This document shows positions 9,688 to 19,446 of a stretch of DNA of 64,000 nucleotides, piece after piece; positions within the stretch are counted from its first letter, which is position 1, and every line of letters starts with the position of its first letter. The notes under the pieces were generated by a model. The model saw only the letters and a program-made list of their open reading frames with translations, was not told the DNA's origin and searched no databases. The stretch is from Candidatus Poribacteria bacterium (GTDB lineage: Bacteria; Poribacteria; WGA-4E; WGA-3G): the NCBI GenBank assembly GCA_022823085.1, contig JAJDXV010000087.1, positions 34,054 through 98,053 on the forward strand, in the 5' to 3' direction. The translations under genes and the position numbers were made by a program.

Positions 9688-10738
9688 TCGAATCTGTTCC
9701 TTTTTGAACCATCTCGAACCCTGTCAGATAGTCCTCCAACGGCAGCTGATGCGTCACAATATGACGCACATCAATTAAACCGCGGTGAATATAATCAATC
9801 GCCAGCGGATACGCATACGGCCCCAAGTGCGAGCCGTGGATATTCAACTCCTTCGTATCGCCGATGATCGTCCAGTCCACCGTTACAGGTTCCCGCATCA
9901 CGCTGAACTCTACAAATGTGCCAGCCTTCCGGATCATGTGCAGCCCCTGCTCAACCGCCTTCGGATGTCCCGTCGCCTCGATATAGACATCACACCCGTA
10001 GCCTTCCGTCAAATCCAATACCGCTTGGACAGCATCCGTTTCCGATGGGTTGATCGCAATATCAGCACCTAATTTCTTGGCGATCTCTAACCGGTTCGGC
10101 ATCAGATCAACAGCGATAAGCACACCGGGATTTTTCAACTTCGCCGCGCCGATCATGCCGAGACCGAGTGTTCCCGCACCCGCGACCACGACGACATCTC
10201 CGAACTCAATATCGCCGCGTTGCACAGCATGAATCGAGCAGGCGAGCGGTTCAATCATCGCCGCATTCGCTGTCGGAATATCAGAAGGCACCTTGTAAAC
10301 GAGCGAACGCGCCGGAAACTTCATATAGTCCGCCATACCACCGTTGACAACCGGTTGAAACCCGTAGATATTGTGGACTTGACAGAGCCAATACTTCCCC
10401 GTTCGGCAATACCGACACTCCCAACACGGCACAATCTGCTCCGCGATAGCCGTATCGCCGATCTGGAGACCGTATTTCTCGCTTGCACCTTCACCGAGTT
10501 CCACAACCTCGCCGATGAATTCGTGTCCAGCGATAACCGGTGCTTCTACATAAGGTGTGCGGTGTTCGTCACCCCAGAAAAGTGGCGCGCCGGTATAGCA
10601 TTTAATGTCGCTCGCGCAGACACCACAAGCGTTCACTTTAACAACAACTTCACCCGGACCCGCCACAGGCATCGCCACCTCTTCGAGACGGTAATCGAAA
10701 GGTTCACGACACATAATCGCGCGCATCGTTTTTGACAT
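9653..10738 (-). CDS. zinc-dependent alcohol/polyol dehydrogenase (MDR family)
   Basis: CGVCASD, GHEFIGEVVELG, the structural-Zn cysteines CWECRYCRTGKYWLC, and the Rossmann motif VVVAGAGTLG. Confidence 0.85.
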   Translation of the reverse strand: MSKTMRAIMCREPFDYRLEEVAMPVAGPGEVVVKVNACGVCASDIKCYTGAPLFWGDEHRTPYVEAPVIAGHEFIGEVVELGEGASEKYGLQIGDTAIAEQIVPCWECRYCRTGKYWLCQVHNIYGFQPVVNGGMADYMKFPARSLVYKVPSDIPTANAAMIEPLACSIHAVQRGDIEFGDVVVVAGAGTLGLGMIGAAKLKNPGVLIAVDLMPNRLEIAKKLGADIAINPSETDAVQAVLDLTEGYGCDVYIEATGHPKAVEQGLHMIRKAGTFVEFSVMREPVTVDWTIIGDTKELNIHGSHLGPYAYPLAIDYIHRGLIDVRHIVTHQLPLEDYLTGFEMVQKGTDSIKVQLVPYLPL

Positions 10739-10763
10739 CTAAACTTCCTTATTTTTCTTCCTT

Positions 10764-10890
10764 AGGACTTACGCAGGTTGCTCTTTTGTACCATAGGAGA
10801 CCGTTGGTCTCCTGTGCACTGAGAACGTCTCTGTCTTTTTAGAGTTTACCCGCTAACCGAGCGTCATATCGCCCAAATTGCGTAAGTCCT
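10764..10890 (+). repeat. MITE-like TIR element, copy 1 (127 bp, longer internal stem)
   Basis: Bounded by AGGACTTACGCA ... TGCGTAAGTCCT. Internal hairpin is CATAGGAGACC-GTT-GGTCTCCTGTG. Confidence 0.85.
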
Positions 10891-10924
10891 ATTCCTATCA
10901 AAACTTTACGATTCAAGAGATGCC

Positions 10925-11701
10925 TTACGCTGCCTTACGTTGTATCAACCGCCGTCTCGCGCTCGCGCGTGCAAGTCCAGCATCCAATGTAATATGGCGG
11001 TCATCCGTCATACCCAGATTGATCGCATGCGCCGTTTCAAGATCGAAACCCCACGCAATCCATTCCGGTATATACGTTTCCGGAATATTACCGGCAACAA
11101 CGACCTTCATGATACTAACGCCTTTCCCGGCATCGTACGCACGTTGGATATATTCCAGATGTCGGTCAATTGAACCGCCTTCCAACATCCTACCCTCTTT
11201 ATTCGCTGTCGTCAGGATAACTTCCATTTCGGGATGGTCTACCACAGCATCCATGACAGGACCGGTGTAGACATGCGTCGAGCAGCCGATGACGCGGATT
11301 TTGCCAGCCGCTTTCGCCTCGCGGAGCGCATCAAGCGCACCCTCACGCCTAACTAAATCCTCCGACGAAGAGACGGCATGTAACAACATAACATCTATAT
11401 ACCCGGTCTGTAATTCGCGCAGTGCTTTCGTGATACTCGCAGCGGCACCATCATAATCCTTCGCAGGCGTTTTCGTCTGGATGACAACCTCTTCTCTGTC
11501 AATCTGGCGGATAGCCTCTCCGAGATGCGGCTGTGTGCCATACCCTTCGGCAGTATCCCAAAACGTAACCCCTTCTTCAAGAGCCTTCAACATCAATTTG
11601 CTACCAGCTTCATAAGTATTACAAGTATCCTTAAGCCGTCCAGCACCATAGCAGAGCCGAGAAATCTCTAAACCTGTGTTTCCGTACGCTAAATATTCCA
11701 T
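10925..11701 (-). CDS. aldo/keto reductase family oxidoreductase
   Basis: MEYLAYGNTGLEISRLCYGAG..., TFWDTAEGYG. ATG at 11701 is preceded by a GGAGGA RBS. Confidence 0.75.
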   Translation of the reverse strand: MEYLAYGNTGLEISRLCYGAGRLKDTCNTYEAGSKLMLKALEEGVTFWDTAEGYGTQPHLGEAIRQIDREEVVIQTKTPAKDYDGAAASITKALRELQTGYIDVMLLHAVSSSEDLVRREGALDALREAKAAGKIRVIGCSTHVYTGPVMDAVVDHPEMEVILTTANKEGRMLEGGSIDRHLEYIQRAYDAGKGVSIMKVVVAGNIPETYIPEWIAWGFDLETAHAINLGMTDDRHITLDAGLARASARRRLIQRKAA

Positions 11702-12018
11702 GGTGTCCTCCACATCCAAACTTGGAAAAAAATGACAACTATAATCCCACAGATCCGTTCAAAACTCTTATGATATACTTTAACCGAATTCCACCGAAAA
11801 ATGCAATACTTTTCTATACCATATTTTCTCTTGGCAACAAACCAATTTTCGGGTATTATAACACAAATTGCTACCTATCAAGATTTTAGACTTGTAGAAT
11901 TCGTGGTTCACTGAAAAATGTTGACTATTCAAGCATTTTGTAGGGCAGATTTTAGTCTACGGTGAACCTCTATTTCTCGCTGAATGCCGACTGCTGATGG
12001 CTGATCGCTCCAAAAAAT

Positions 12019-13164
12019 ATGAAACTCAGTGGACATACCCTTTTCAACAACGCAGCTATCGAAATTGATCTGCGCGATGACAGCGTAGCGTCAATCCGCG
12101 AATTAACCGCCACCGACAGCAATATACAGATTGCACCCGCACCGATAGACATTCAGGTGAACGGCTTCGCAGGTTTCGATCTCAATACTGAGACCGTTAC
12201 ACCCGATGACGTTTGCGCGATGGTACGGGCACTCTGGCGAGTCGGCACCGGCTTTTTATGTCCGACAATTGTCACCGGTTCTTTCGATAGGATTTTCAAT
12301 TCCTTATCTGCCATCGCAGATGCCTGTAAAATGGACCCGTTGGTCAATTACGCCATACTTGGGATCCATCTCGAAGGTCCCTATATCTCCGCCGAAGACG
12401 GACCGCGAGGCGCGCATCCCTTGGCACACGTCAGGGACCCAGATTGGGACGAATTCCAGCAGTGGCAGGACATTACAGAAGGGAAAATCTCCATCGTAAC
12501 CCTCGCACCCGAGAAAAAGGGAGCCATTCCGTTTATTGAAAAACTGGTGTCGGACGGGATCGTGGTCGCCTTAGGGCATACAAACGCTTCCGCGGACGAC
12601 ATCCAAGCCGCAATTGACGCTGGCGCGAAACTCTCCACACACCTCGGCAACGGCGCACACGCCTTAATCCGCCGTCACCCCAACTACATCTGGGAGCAAC
12701 TCGGTGCTGACGAACTCTGGGCAAGCCTTATCGTGGATGGACACCATCTACCACCTTCTGTCGCCAAATCAATGATACGCGCAAAGACGCTCGACCGATG
12801 CATCCTTGTCAGCGATGCAGTCGCACTGGCGGGCATGAAACCCGGTATCTATGAATTCGCCGAAAGATCCGTGGAATTGACAGAGGATCGCTGCGTCCGC
12901 TTAGTCGGCACAGAATATCTCGCCGGTTCCGCCATCGAATTGGCGCGCGGCATTGAAAACAGCGTCCGATTCGCCGGAATATCCCTCAAAGAATCGGTTT
13001 CGCTCGCCACATTACAACCGATGCGGCTGCTCAACGCGGAACCTCACGTAGAAGCAAAAACAAATTTCATACTCTTTGAATGGGACGCAGCGCACCATAA
13101 AATTGACCTGATAGCGACAATTGTCGGAGATGAACTCGTGTATCATACTGAAACAAAAAAATAA
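12019..13164 (+). CDS. nagA: N-acetylglucosamine-6-phosphate deacetylase
   Basis: IDIQVNGFAGFD, HLEGPYIS, GHTNAS, THLGNG and DGHH are NagA/amidohydrolase metal-site motifs in the correct order. Confidence 0.85.
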   Translation: MKLSGHTLFNNAAIEIDLRDDSVASIRELTATDSNIQIAPAPIDIQVNGFAGFDLNTETVTPDDVCAMVRALWRVGTGFLCPTIVTGSFDRIFNSLSAIADACKMDPLVNYAILGIHLEGPYISAEDGPRGAHPLAHVRDPDWDEFQQWQDITEGKISIVTLAPEKKGAIPFIEKLVSDGIVVALGHTNASADDIQAAIDAGAKLSTHLGNGAHALIRRHPNYIWEQLGADELWASLIVDGHHLPPSVAKSMIRAKTLDRCILVSDAVALAGMKPGIYEFAERSVELTEDRCVRLVGTEYLAGSAIELARGIENSVRFAGISLKESVSLATLQPMRLLNAEPHVEAKTNFILFEWDAAHHKIDLIATIVGDELVYHTETKK

Positions 13165-13186
13165 GATAACATCGGAGGCGTACACG

Positions 13187-13291
13187 GTGGAAAATTATTA
13201 CGGCATTGGAGAAGTATTCGTTAAAGCTACGGATCTCGACGGAAACGAAATCGAGTTCAACGACCTCTACTATCCAGATAACTCTCTTTAA
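13187..13291 (+). pseudogene. 34-codon remnant resembling the C-terminal strand of a VOC/glyoxalase protein
   Basis: VENYYGIGEVFVKATDLDGNEIEFNDLYY resembles the D(P/L)DGN.IEF end of VOC proteins. It is too short to be a functional domain. Confidence 0.25.
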
Positions 13292-13324
13292 AAAAAACCG
13301 CCACTATATTGCGAGGAAACCCAA

Positions 13325-14119
13325 ATGCTAACGCCTGCAGAAATCAACGCCTTTGTTGAAAACGGTTATATCATCCGTAAAAACGCGCTGTCCACAACAG
13401 ACATCGAATCCTACCGAAATGCTATTGATCGGATACTTCACAAGTGCCGTGTTGAAGGTCTACACGCGGATCATCTACGCTACATAGATGGTGAGCGCGA
13501 TGACATCTGGGGTGTTAATAACATCTTTCATCCGAGTATTCGTGAGCGCGCACTTGTGGACGCACTCGCGCACCCACAGATACTCGACGTTATCGAAGCA
13601 CTTCTTGGAAAACGATTAAGGTATCACCTCTGTACCCTGCTGGTCAACGCCGAGCAGAAACCCTACCACATCAGATGGCATCGAGATACCGCAGCAGATG
13701 GAGAAATACCGCTTGAACGTCTCCTGAACGGTTTGAGAAACCACGTCCAGCTCAACGGCGCACTCTACGACGATGAAACCCTCTACATTGTTCCCGGTAG
13801 TCATCGACGCGAACTCACGGACGCTGAACGCAAGGTCCTACAAGAAGCACCGATGGCAGAGATGCCTAACCAACTCGCCGTTAAGTTAAAAGCAGGCGAT
13901 ATTGTCTTTTACAATTCGAGGATAATTCACAAGGGCTACAACCTTACCGGTGCAAAGCGACAGACATTGCACTACGCCGTCCTCGTAGCACCACCGGAAG
14001 GGACACCGCCAAACGATAAAGGCGTAGAGAGTCAAACGTGGCTCAACGAACCTAATTTCCTTGGCAGTCTTCCACCCCGACTCAAGCCGTTATTTGATAA
14101 TTGGCTAAAATACGGATAA
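13325..14119 (+). CDS. phytanoyl-CoA dioxygenase (PhyH) family Fe(II)/2-oxoglutarate oxygenase
   Basis: N-terminal FVENGYIIRKNAL, WHRD (the H.D iron ligands), and distal HKGYN/R. Length is typical of PhyH. Confidence 0.7.
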   Translation: MLTPAEINAFVENGYIIRKNALSTTDIESYRNAIDRILHKCRVEGLHADHLRYIDGERDDIWGVNNIFHPSIRERALVDALAHPQILDVIEALLGKRLRYHLCTLLVNAEQKPYHIRWHRDTAADGEIPLERLLNGLRNHVQLNGALYDDETLYIVPGSHRRELTDAERKVLQEAPMAEMPNQLAVKLKAGDIVFYNSRIIHKGYNLTGAKRQTLHYAVLVAPPEGTPPNDKGVESQTWLNEPNFLGSLPPRLKPLFDNWLKYG

Positions 14120-14136
14120 CCACAATCGACAGTGCA

Positions 14137-14895
14137 CTAATCTTTCTGACAGATCATCGCTGTGATCCAACAAAACCGTTTGAAGAAGGGAAAGCATTTA
14201 AGGAGAGATGTATCAATCGCTTTGAGCAAACGGAGGGACGTTCTATAAAGTGCTGGAACAGCGATACACTTCCGCCAGAACAGTGCACCCACGGCAGAAA
14301 GATGGAATTCACGATGCTCCAAATTCTCGAACTCAGCACCGACTGTTTCGACATCACCTATCGAGAAATAACGTAACTTAGCGGAATATTTCAGAAACAT
14401 CTTCCGATACAGCCACACCATCGGATGATAACGCATATTTTCGATGAAGATCGCTTTCCCACCAGGTTTGAGAACCCGATAACACTCTTTAGCAGTTTCC
14501 GCGTGTTCCGTAAACACCAACACCGATTTAGAGATAATAAAATCGAAAGTATTATCTGGAAAAGCGAGGTGCATCGCATCCATCAATGCAAAATTAACGG
14601 ACTCGGCGACATCGTGTTCCGATACCCGCGCCTCCGCTTCAGCGAGCCGAAAAGGCAGCAGATCGATGCCGATAACGGATGCACCTCGCTTCGCTAACAG
14701 TGTCGCAGTGCCGCCTGTACCAGTGCCTAATTCCAGCACTTTTTTCCCTTCCAAAGTTCCCATCGTCGGGAGAATATACTCGAAAACGGGAACATAGAAG
14801 TCCTCCCACCAGAGCAAAAGATCTGATTCGACACTATCGGAACGACGGGGAGGGCACTGTCCTTCAAGTGACAACATATTTTTCGATTTTAGCAT
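14137..14895 (-). CDS. class I SAM-dependent methyltransferase
   Basis: VLELGTGTGGTATLLAKRGASVIGIDL (motif I) and FDFIISKSVL. Confidence 0.8.
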   Translation of the reverse strand: MLKSKNMLSLEGQCPPRRSDSVESDLLLWWEDFYVPVFEYILPTMGTLEGKKVLELGTGTGGTATLLAKRGASVIGIDLLPFRLAEAEARVSEHDVAESVNFALMDAMHLAFPDNTFDFIISKSVLVFTEHAETAKECYRVLKPGGKAIFIENMRYHPMVWLYRKMFLKYSAKLRYFSIGDVETVGAEFENLEHREFHLSAVGALFWRKCIAVPALYRTSLRLLKAIDTSLLKCFPFFKRFCWITAMICQKD

Positions 14896-14983
14896 AAAAA
14901 GCGCACAACTTAAACGAAATGGAAAGCCGTCTACGGAAAGGAACTCTCAACCCGCAACCCGCCCCAACGAACCGCAAGGAAAA

Positions 14984-15793
14984 TTAAAAAATCTTGCCCA
15001 TCTTTCGTAGATTTTCAATGCAGCGTTCAGCACACTCAATCGGCGGATAAGCGTACCGCTCCTGCTCAACAATATACCATTCCGTGCCACCGACAGTTTC
15101 ACAGGCATCGAACACAGCATCCCAAGGGATTTCACCTTCACCGACGTTTGCTTCGTCATTCGTAGCGGAATACTCTTTAAGATGCACCACTTTGGATCTA
15201 CCCGGGTAGCGTTCAATAAAGGACACAGGGTCCGCGCCAGCGCGAAGGGCATGACCGATGTCAATTTGCATCACGACATCGTCGCGGGTGTTACTCCCGA
15301 ATATATCCCACGGAATCTCGCCATCCATAGGTGTAAATTCACCCGTGTGGTTGTGATAGCCCGTGAACATCCCTTGGTCAGCAATTTTTTCAGCAATACC
15401 GTTGAAAACTTCCGCTGTATTGAGCCATGCTTGCCGAGAACCTTGGTATTCTCCGGGTAATCCGGGGACAATCAGATACCGGTTGCCGAGAATCTGATTG
15501 AACTCAACCGTTTTAGCGAGTTCATCACCGAGGAGTGTGTTGATCCCTGTATGCGTCCCAGCAACTTTCAAGCCGAGATCCTCGCACATGTCCCGTAATT
15601 CTTCGGCAGTTCGGTCATAGTACCCCGCGAACTCAACGCCTTCATATCCCATCTTGGCGACAGCTTGGAGCGTCAAGGATAGGTCGCCAGCACAATCGTC
15701 TCTGACGGAATACAGTTGTAATGCAATCGGAATTCTATTACGCATTAAGTCTCTATTCTCCACTGTTGTAGGCGCAGCCCTAACCGCGCCCAT
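14984..15793 (-). CDS. sugar phosphate isomerase/epimerase (xylose isomerase-like TIM barrel)
   Basis: IALQLYSVRD, GYEGVEFAG, YHNH, VHLKE. An alternative start lies at 15745. Confidence 0.8.
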   Translation of the reverse strand: MGAVRAAPTTVENRDLMRNRIPIALQLYSVRDDCAGDLSLTLQAVAKMGYEGVEFAGYYDRTAEELRDMCEDLGLKVAGTHTGINTLLGDELAKTVEFNQILGNRYLIVPGLPGEYQGSRQAWLNTAEVFNGIAEKIADQGMFTGYHNHTGEFTPMDGEIPWDIFGSNTRDDVVMQIDIGHALRAGADPVSFIERYPGRSKVVHLKEYSATNDEANVGEGEIPWDAVFDACETVGGTEWYIVEQERYAYPPIECAERCIENLRKMGKIF

Positions 15794-15798
15794 AAAAA

Positions 15799-16818
15799 TT
15801 ACGACATCGGTAAATTGACAGCCTGACCACTATCTGATGACACCAACCCAGCCTCAAGAATTTCTTGAGCATCTCGACTCACTTGAGGACTACACAACCC
15901 TTCAATCGGTTCACCTGTTTCTAAACAGTGAATGAGGTATTCTGGCGCGTTCCGCCGACCTTCTGGTATCGGATCAAGATCAACCACTTCGGCATCGCTA
16001 CCTGCCCGATGCAGATGGACTTCGTTGCCGCTTACCATCAACGCCCCTTCAGTCCCATAAACCACCGGATTCGGCGTGACATAACCGACCTTCTGCGTCC
16101 AAGATGCCTCCGTAATTCCGAAAGCATTCCCGTATTTCATAACGATGACAGCGTTATCATCCGGCACAGGATAGTCTTTGACGAAAGTACCACGAAAAGC
16201 CGTTACCTGTTCAGGTAGACCGAGCAGATACGCACACATATCCGCACAATAGCAGCAGTAATCCATCAGCGCGCCTGCCCCGTTTTTCTCTTCATCGTAA
16301 AGCCACTCGTAGAAGTAGCGCGAGCAGCCGATCTCCTTCGGACCGTTGTGTGCAGAACGCCATTTGAAATAGAAGAGGTCCCCGATTGCACCGCCTTTGA
16401 TGAGATTCATCGCGGTATTGAGTGCTGGGCTCCAAGCCGTGGGCCAATTCACCATAAGCAGGGTCCCAGCATCCGCTGCTGCGGTAAGCATACGGTCTGC
16501 CTGTGAAAGGCGTGCCGCCATCGGTTTTTCAGAAACCACGTGAACACCTTTCGCCGCTGCAGCCTCAACAATATCAACACCGGCACTGTTCTCAGCAGAT
16601 GCTTGAACAATGTCTAATTCCTCTTTCTCTATCATCTCTTGCCAAGAATCATAGATGTTCTCAACACCGGCTTCTTTTTTAAATTGTGTACGTAATTCCG
16701 CATTGACATCGCCTGCCGCAACGATTTCGACGTTTGGATGTGCTTTCCAGTGGCGCAGCTCGCCCCACACATGGTCATGCACGAGCGACGCGAAGCCAAC
16801 GCGATATGTTTTTGACAT
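15799..16818 (-). CDS. Gfo/Idh/MocA family oxidoreductase
   Basis: N-terminal Rossmann region, VHVVSEKPMA (the EKP motif). ATG at 16818 lies 8 nt after AGGAGG. Confidence 0.85.
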   Translation of the reverse strand: MSKTYRVGFASLVHDHVWGELRHWKAHPNVEIVAAGDVNAELRTQFKKEAGVENIYDSWQEMIEKEELDIVQASAENSAGVDIVEAAAAKGVHVVSEKPMAARLSQADRMLTAAADAGTLLMVNWPTAWSPALNTAMNLIKGGAIGDLFYFKWRSAHNGPKEIGCSRYFYEWLYDEEKNGAGALMDYCCYCADMCAYLLGLPEQVTAFRGTFVKDYPVPDDNAVIVMKYGNAFGITEASWTQKVGYVTPNPVVYGTEGALMVSGNEVHLHRAGSDAEVVDLDPIPEGRRNAPEYLIHCLETGEPIEGLCSPQVSRDAQEILEAGLVSSDSGQAVNLPMS

Positions 16819-16881
16819 CAATAATGCCTCCTATAAGCGTACCATACCAGCACGCAATGTTTAGGGTTCTCCGAAATTTAT

Positions 16882-17934
16882 CTACTCTTCAGCCCGAACC
16901 GCAAGTTTAATGGCTGTCTCGCCGTTAATACGATAGCCGCCGTCAAGCGCTTTAAAGCCGTCTTCAACCTGTGAGAGCGGCAGTTGATGGCTAATCATAT
17001 CGGCGAAAGGCAGTCCGCTCTGCTCAAGGAGCGGTAAACCGCGAACGAAGTGTTCGTAAGTGCTACCCCAGATCGCCTCCACACGCAGATTTTTGCGCAT
17101 TAGCAACTGGTTAATGTTGAAGTCAATTGATCCCATATCCACGAAGTGACCAACCTCAACAAAAGTACCGCTGCGTCGGGTGTAACCCAACCCCTCCGGT
17201 GTAGCAGGCAGAAAACCGGCACACTCAAAGACGACATCCGCGCCCTCTTTACGCGGGGTCTCCGCTTTTACAAGCTCTGTCCGATCTTCAACAGAGGCGA
17301 CTTCCTCAATATCAATCGTTACATCTGCACCGAGTCGTCTCGCGAGTTCCAATCGTCCAGCGGGGCCACCGACCATAATCGCTTTTGCAGCACCGCTCAA
17401 CTTCGCGCACGCAAGCGTTACGAGACCAATAGCACCCGAACCTTGTATAACAACAGTATCACCGAGTTTTATGCCGCCCCGCATCGCAGCGTGAACGCCG
17501 ACAGTAAACGGTTCTGTCAACACAGCAACTTCAGGCGAAGCATCCGTTTTCATGAAACAGGTATTTTCAAGGCAGAGATACATATAATCCGCAAACCCAC
17601 CGCGAAAATGCGGTGCTTCGTCTGGGTTCCACTGAAACCCGTAAGCACCGTAATTCGTCCCAGGCGCGAAGATAACCCTATCACCTTCTTTAACCGGTTT
17701 CCCGACATAATCCATCTTTACACCTTCACCGATTGCCTCGATAATACCGACGTTTTCATGTCCTAATAGCACCTCTGTCTGAAAACCGTTCTGCCAGTTA
17801 TGCAGATCCGTCCCGCAGATACCTGCCAACTCTTGACGCAGTAGGACCGTGTTCGGAGCAGGCTCCGGCACCGGATATTCACGTATTTCAAAATCTTTGC
17901 CGTGCGCAACGACGGCTCTCCCTGTCCGACTCAT
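16882..17934 (-). CDS. zinc-dependent alcohol dehydrogenase (MDR family)
   Basis: CGTDLH, GHENVGIIEAIGEGV, VVIQGSGAIG. Confidence 0.85.
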   Translation of the reverse strand: MSRTGRAVVAHGKDFEIREYPVPEPAPNTVLLRQELAGICGTDLHNWQNGFQTEVLLGHENVGIIEAIGEGVKMDYVGKPVKEGDRVIFAPGTNYGAYGFQWNPDEAPHFRGGFADYMYLCLENTCFMKTDASPEVAVLTEPFTVGVHAAMRGGIKLGDTVVIQGSGAIGLVTLACAKLSGAAKAIMVGGPAGRLELARRLGADVTIDIEEVASVEDRTELVKAETPRKEGADVVFECAGFLPATPEGLGYTRRSGTFVEVGHFVDMGSIDFNINQLLMRKNLRVEAIWGSTYEHFVRGLPLLEQSGLPFADMISHQLPLSQVEDGFKALDGGYRINGETAIKLAVRAEE

Positions 17935-17962
17935 TATGTTTTCCCTCTCATTTAACTTACTT

Positions 17963-18081
17963 AGGACTTACGCATATCGCTCTTTTGTACCACAATCTGT
18001 TAGATTGTGACACCAGAACGCTGTGTTTTCAGAAGAATTTCATCTCACAGAGCCACCTATAGCCAAAAGTGCGTAAGTCCT
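17963..18081 (+). repeat. MITE-like TIR element, copy 2 (119 bp)
   Basis: AGGACTTACGCA ... TGCGTAAGTCCT. Hairpin is CACAATC-TGTTA-GATTGTG. Confidence 0.9.
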
Positions 18082-18099
18082 ATTACTTTAAGGTAGACA

Positions 18100-18185
18100 T
18101 CCGACTATATAGCTGTTGAACCTCTGTCGTAGGGGTTAGATTACCTAACCCCTACCCTTGGGCCTCCGACTATATAGATGTTGAA
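18100..18185. repeat. 21-nt direct repeat pair TCCGACTATATAG(C/A)TGTTGAA flanking the hairpin GTAGGGGTTAG-ATTAC-CTAACCCCTAC
   Basis: The repeats are 18100-18120 and 18165-18185 (1 mismatch). The hairpin is 18129-18155. Confidence 0.85.
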
Positions 18186-18195
18186 ACCTATTCCG

Positions 18196-18483
18196 TCAAA
18201 CGTACTTTCGCTTCTTCCGAGAGATCACGACAACCACTACAATAGCAATGATAGAAATTGGCAACCAGTACGCTTTGAAAAACTCTAAAAAAATGTTAAA
18301 CCCGATCCAAAGTAGGACTTCAATCGCGACAATCATCCCCGTTTTGCCCCAAGGGAAATCTGCACTGTACTGCTTCTTCAACCGATCAGCGTATATCCAC
18401 GACACAACTAAAGTGCCAATAATAGCTATTAGGAATAGCAAATTACCTAAAGTTTGGATGCTGCTCAAAATGAAACCTATCAT
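18196..18483 (-). CDS. small 3-TM membrane protein, unknown function
   Basis: 95 aa with three hydrophobic segments and a basic C-terminus. No family was recognised. Confidence 0.4.
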   Translation of the reverse strand: MIGFILSSIQTLGNLLFLIAIIGTLVVSWIYADRLKKQYSADFPWGKTGMIVAIEVLLWIGFNIFLEFFKAYWLPISIIAIVVVVVISRKKRKYV

Positions 18484-18573
18484 GACAATTTTGCTCCTTA
18501 TTAAGTTTTACTTGCTATTGTAGAGACACGCTATTGGAAAAAGATAGTAAAATGTGCATTTTCTCTCGTTTTT

Positions 18574-19443
18574 TCACACTTCGCGGAGAATACGCTCCGG
18601 ACAACTATAGACCGCCATACTCCGGCCCCGCATGAAACCGACCAAGGTAAGATTGCCCTCTTCGGCAAGGTCAACAGCGAGCGTCGATGCAGCAGAAACC
18701 GCAACAACAATCGGGATACGAGCAAAGAGCGCTTTCTGAACAATCTCAAAACTCGCGCGACCGCTCACCATCAAAACATGCCGATCAAGCGGCACCAAAT
18801 CAGACAACAACGCTTGACCGATTACTTTATCGACAGCGTTGTGTCGTCCTATATCTTCTCTAACAATCAGGAGTTCGCCTTCAGCATTGAACAACCCCGC
18901 AGCGTGAAGACCACCTGTCTTTTCAAAGACCGATTGCGCTTTCCTTAACCGGTCATTAAGCCGATAGACCACCGCTTGATTCAGACAGAACCCTGATTTC
19001 ACAGGTGGCACCTGCTGCCGAACGGATTCAATCGTCATCTTGCCACAGAGACCACAACTCGCATTCGCGTGGAAGTTTCGCTGCCAGCCCGATTGTGCGT
19101 CAAGGTCCAATTCCTCTCGAAGCTGAACGTTGACAATATTCTGGAGCGACGATACCTCTGGTGCCTCTATATCAGAACCACTGTCCTCACAATACGCGAT
19201 AACTTCAATGTCATCGCTGGAGGCAATAAGGCTCTCCGTGTAAAGGAAACCGGCAGCGAGTTCAAAATCGTGTCCCGGAGTCCGCATCACAACGATTAAA
19301 CTCTGCTGCCTTACGCGGATCTCAAGCGGTTCTTCAACAACCAATTCATCTTCCGTCCGGATAGGTTGCGCATCTGACCAACGCGTAATCAATTTTGTGT
19401 CTGTCGGTTGCATGGTTTTAAGTCCGTACACGTCCATGAACAA
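18574..19443 (-). CDS. fdhD: formate dehydrogenase accessory sulfurtransferase FdhD
   Basis: ASCGLCGK active-site loop, GGLHAAGLF and EDIGRHNAVDK are FdhD signatures. The start is uncertain (19443 or 19413). Confidence 0.85.
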   Translation of the reverse strand: MFMDVYGLKTMQPTDTKLITRWSDAQPIRTEDELVVEEPLEIRVRQQSLIVVMRTPGHDFELAAGFLYTESLIASSDDIEVIAYCEDSGSDIEAPEVSSLQNIVNVQLREELDLDAQSGWQRNFHANASCGLCGKMTIESVRQQVPPVKSGFCLNQAVVYRLNDRLRKAQSVFEKTGGLHAAGLFNAEGELLIVREDIGRHNAVDKVIGQALLSDLVPLDRHVLMVSGRASFEIVQKALFARIPIVVAVSAASTLAVDLAEEGNLTLVGFMRGRSMAVYSCPERILREV

Positions 19444-19446
19444 AAA

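Noticed and set aside
4428-17766. Other large antisense ORFs (4428-5024, 5952-6668, 10220-10735, 17146-17766, 1758-2192 and similar).
   Set aside because: Each lies fully inside a gene with strong family motifs on the other strand or frame. The sequences are Arg/His-rich nonsense-like with no start context.
18100-18185. Possible mini-CRISPR (two 21-nt repeats with a spacer).
   Set aside because: There are only two repeats, the spacer is itself a perfect hairpin, and there are no cas genes or leader in the window.
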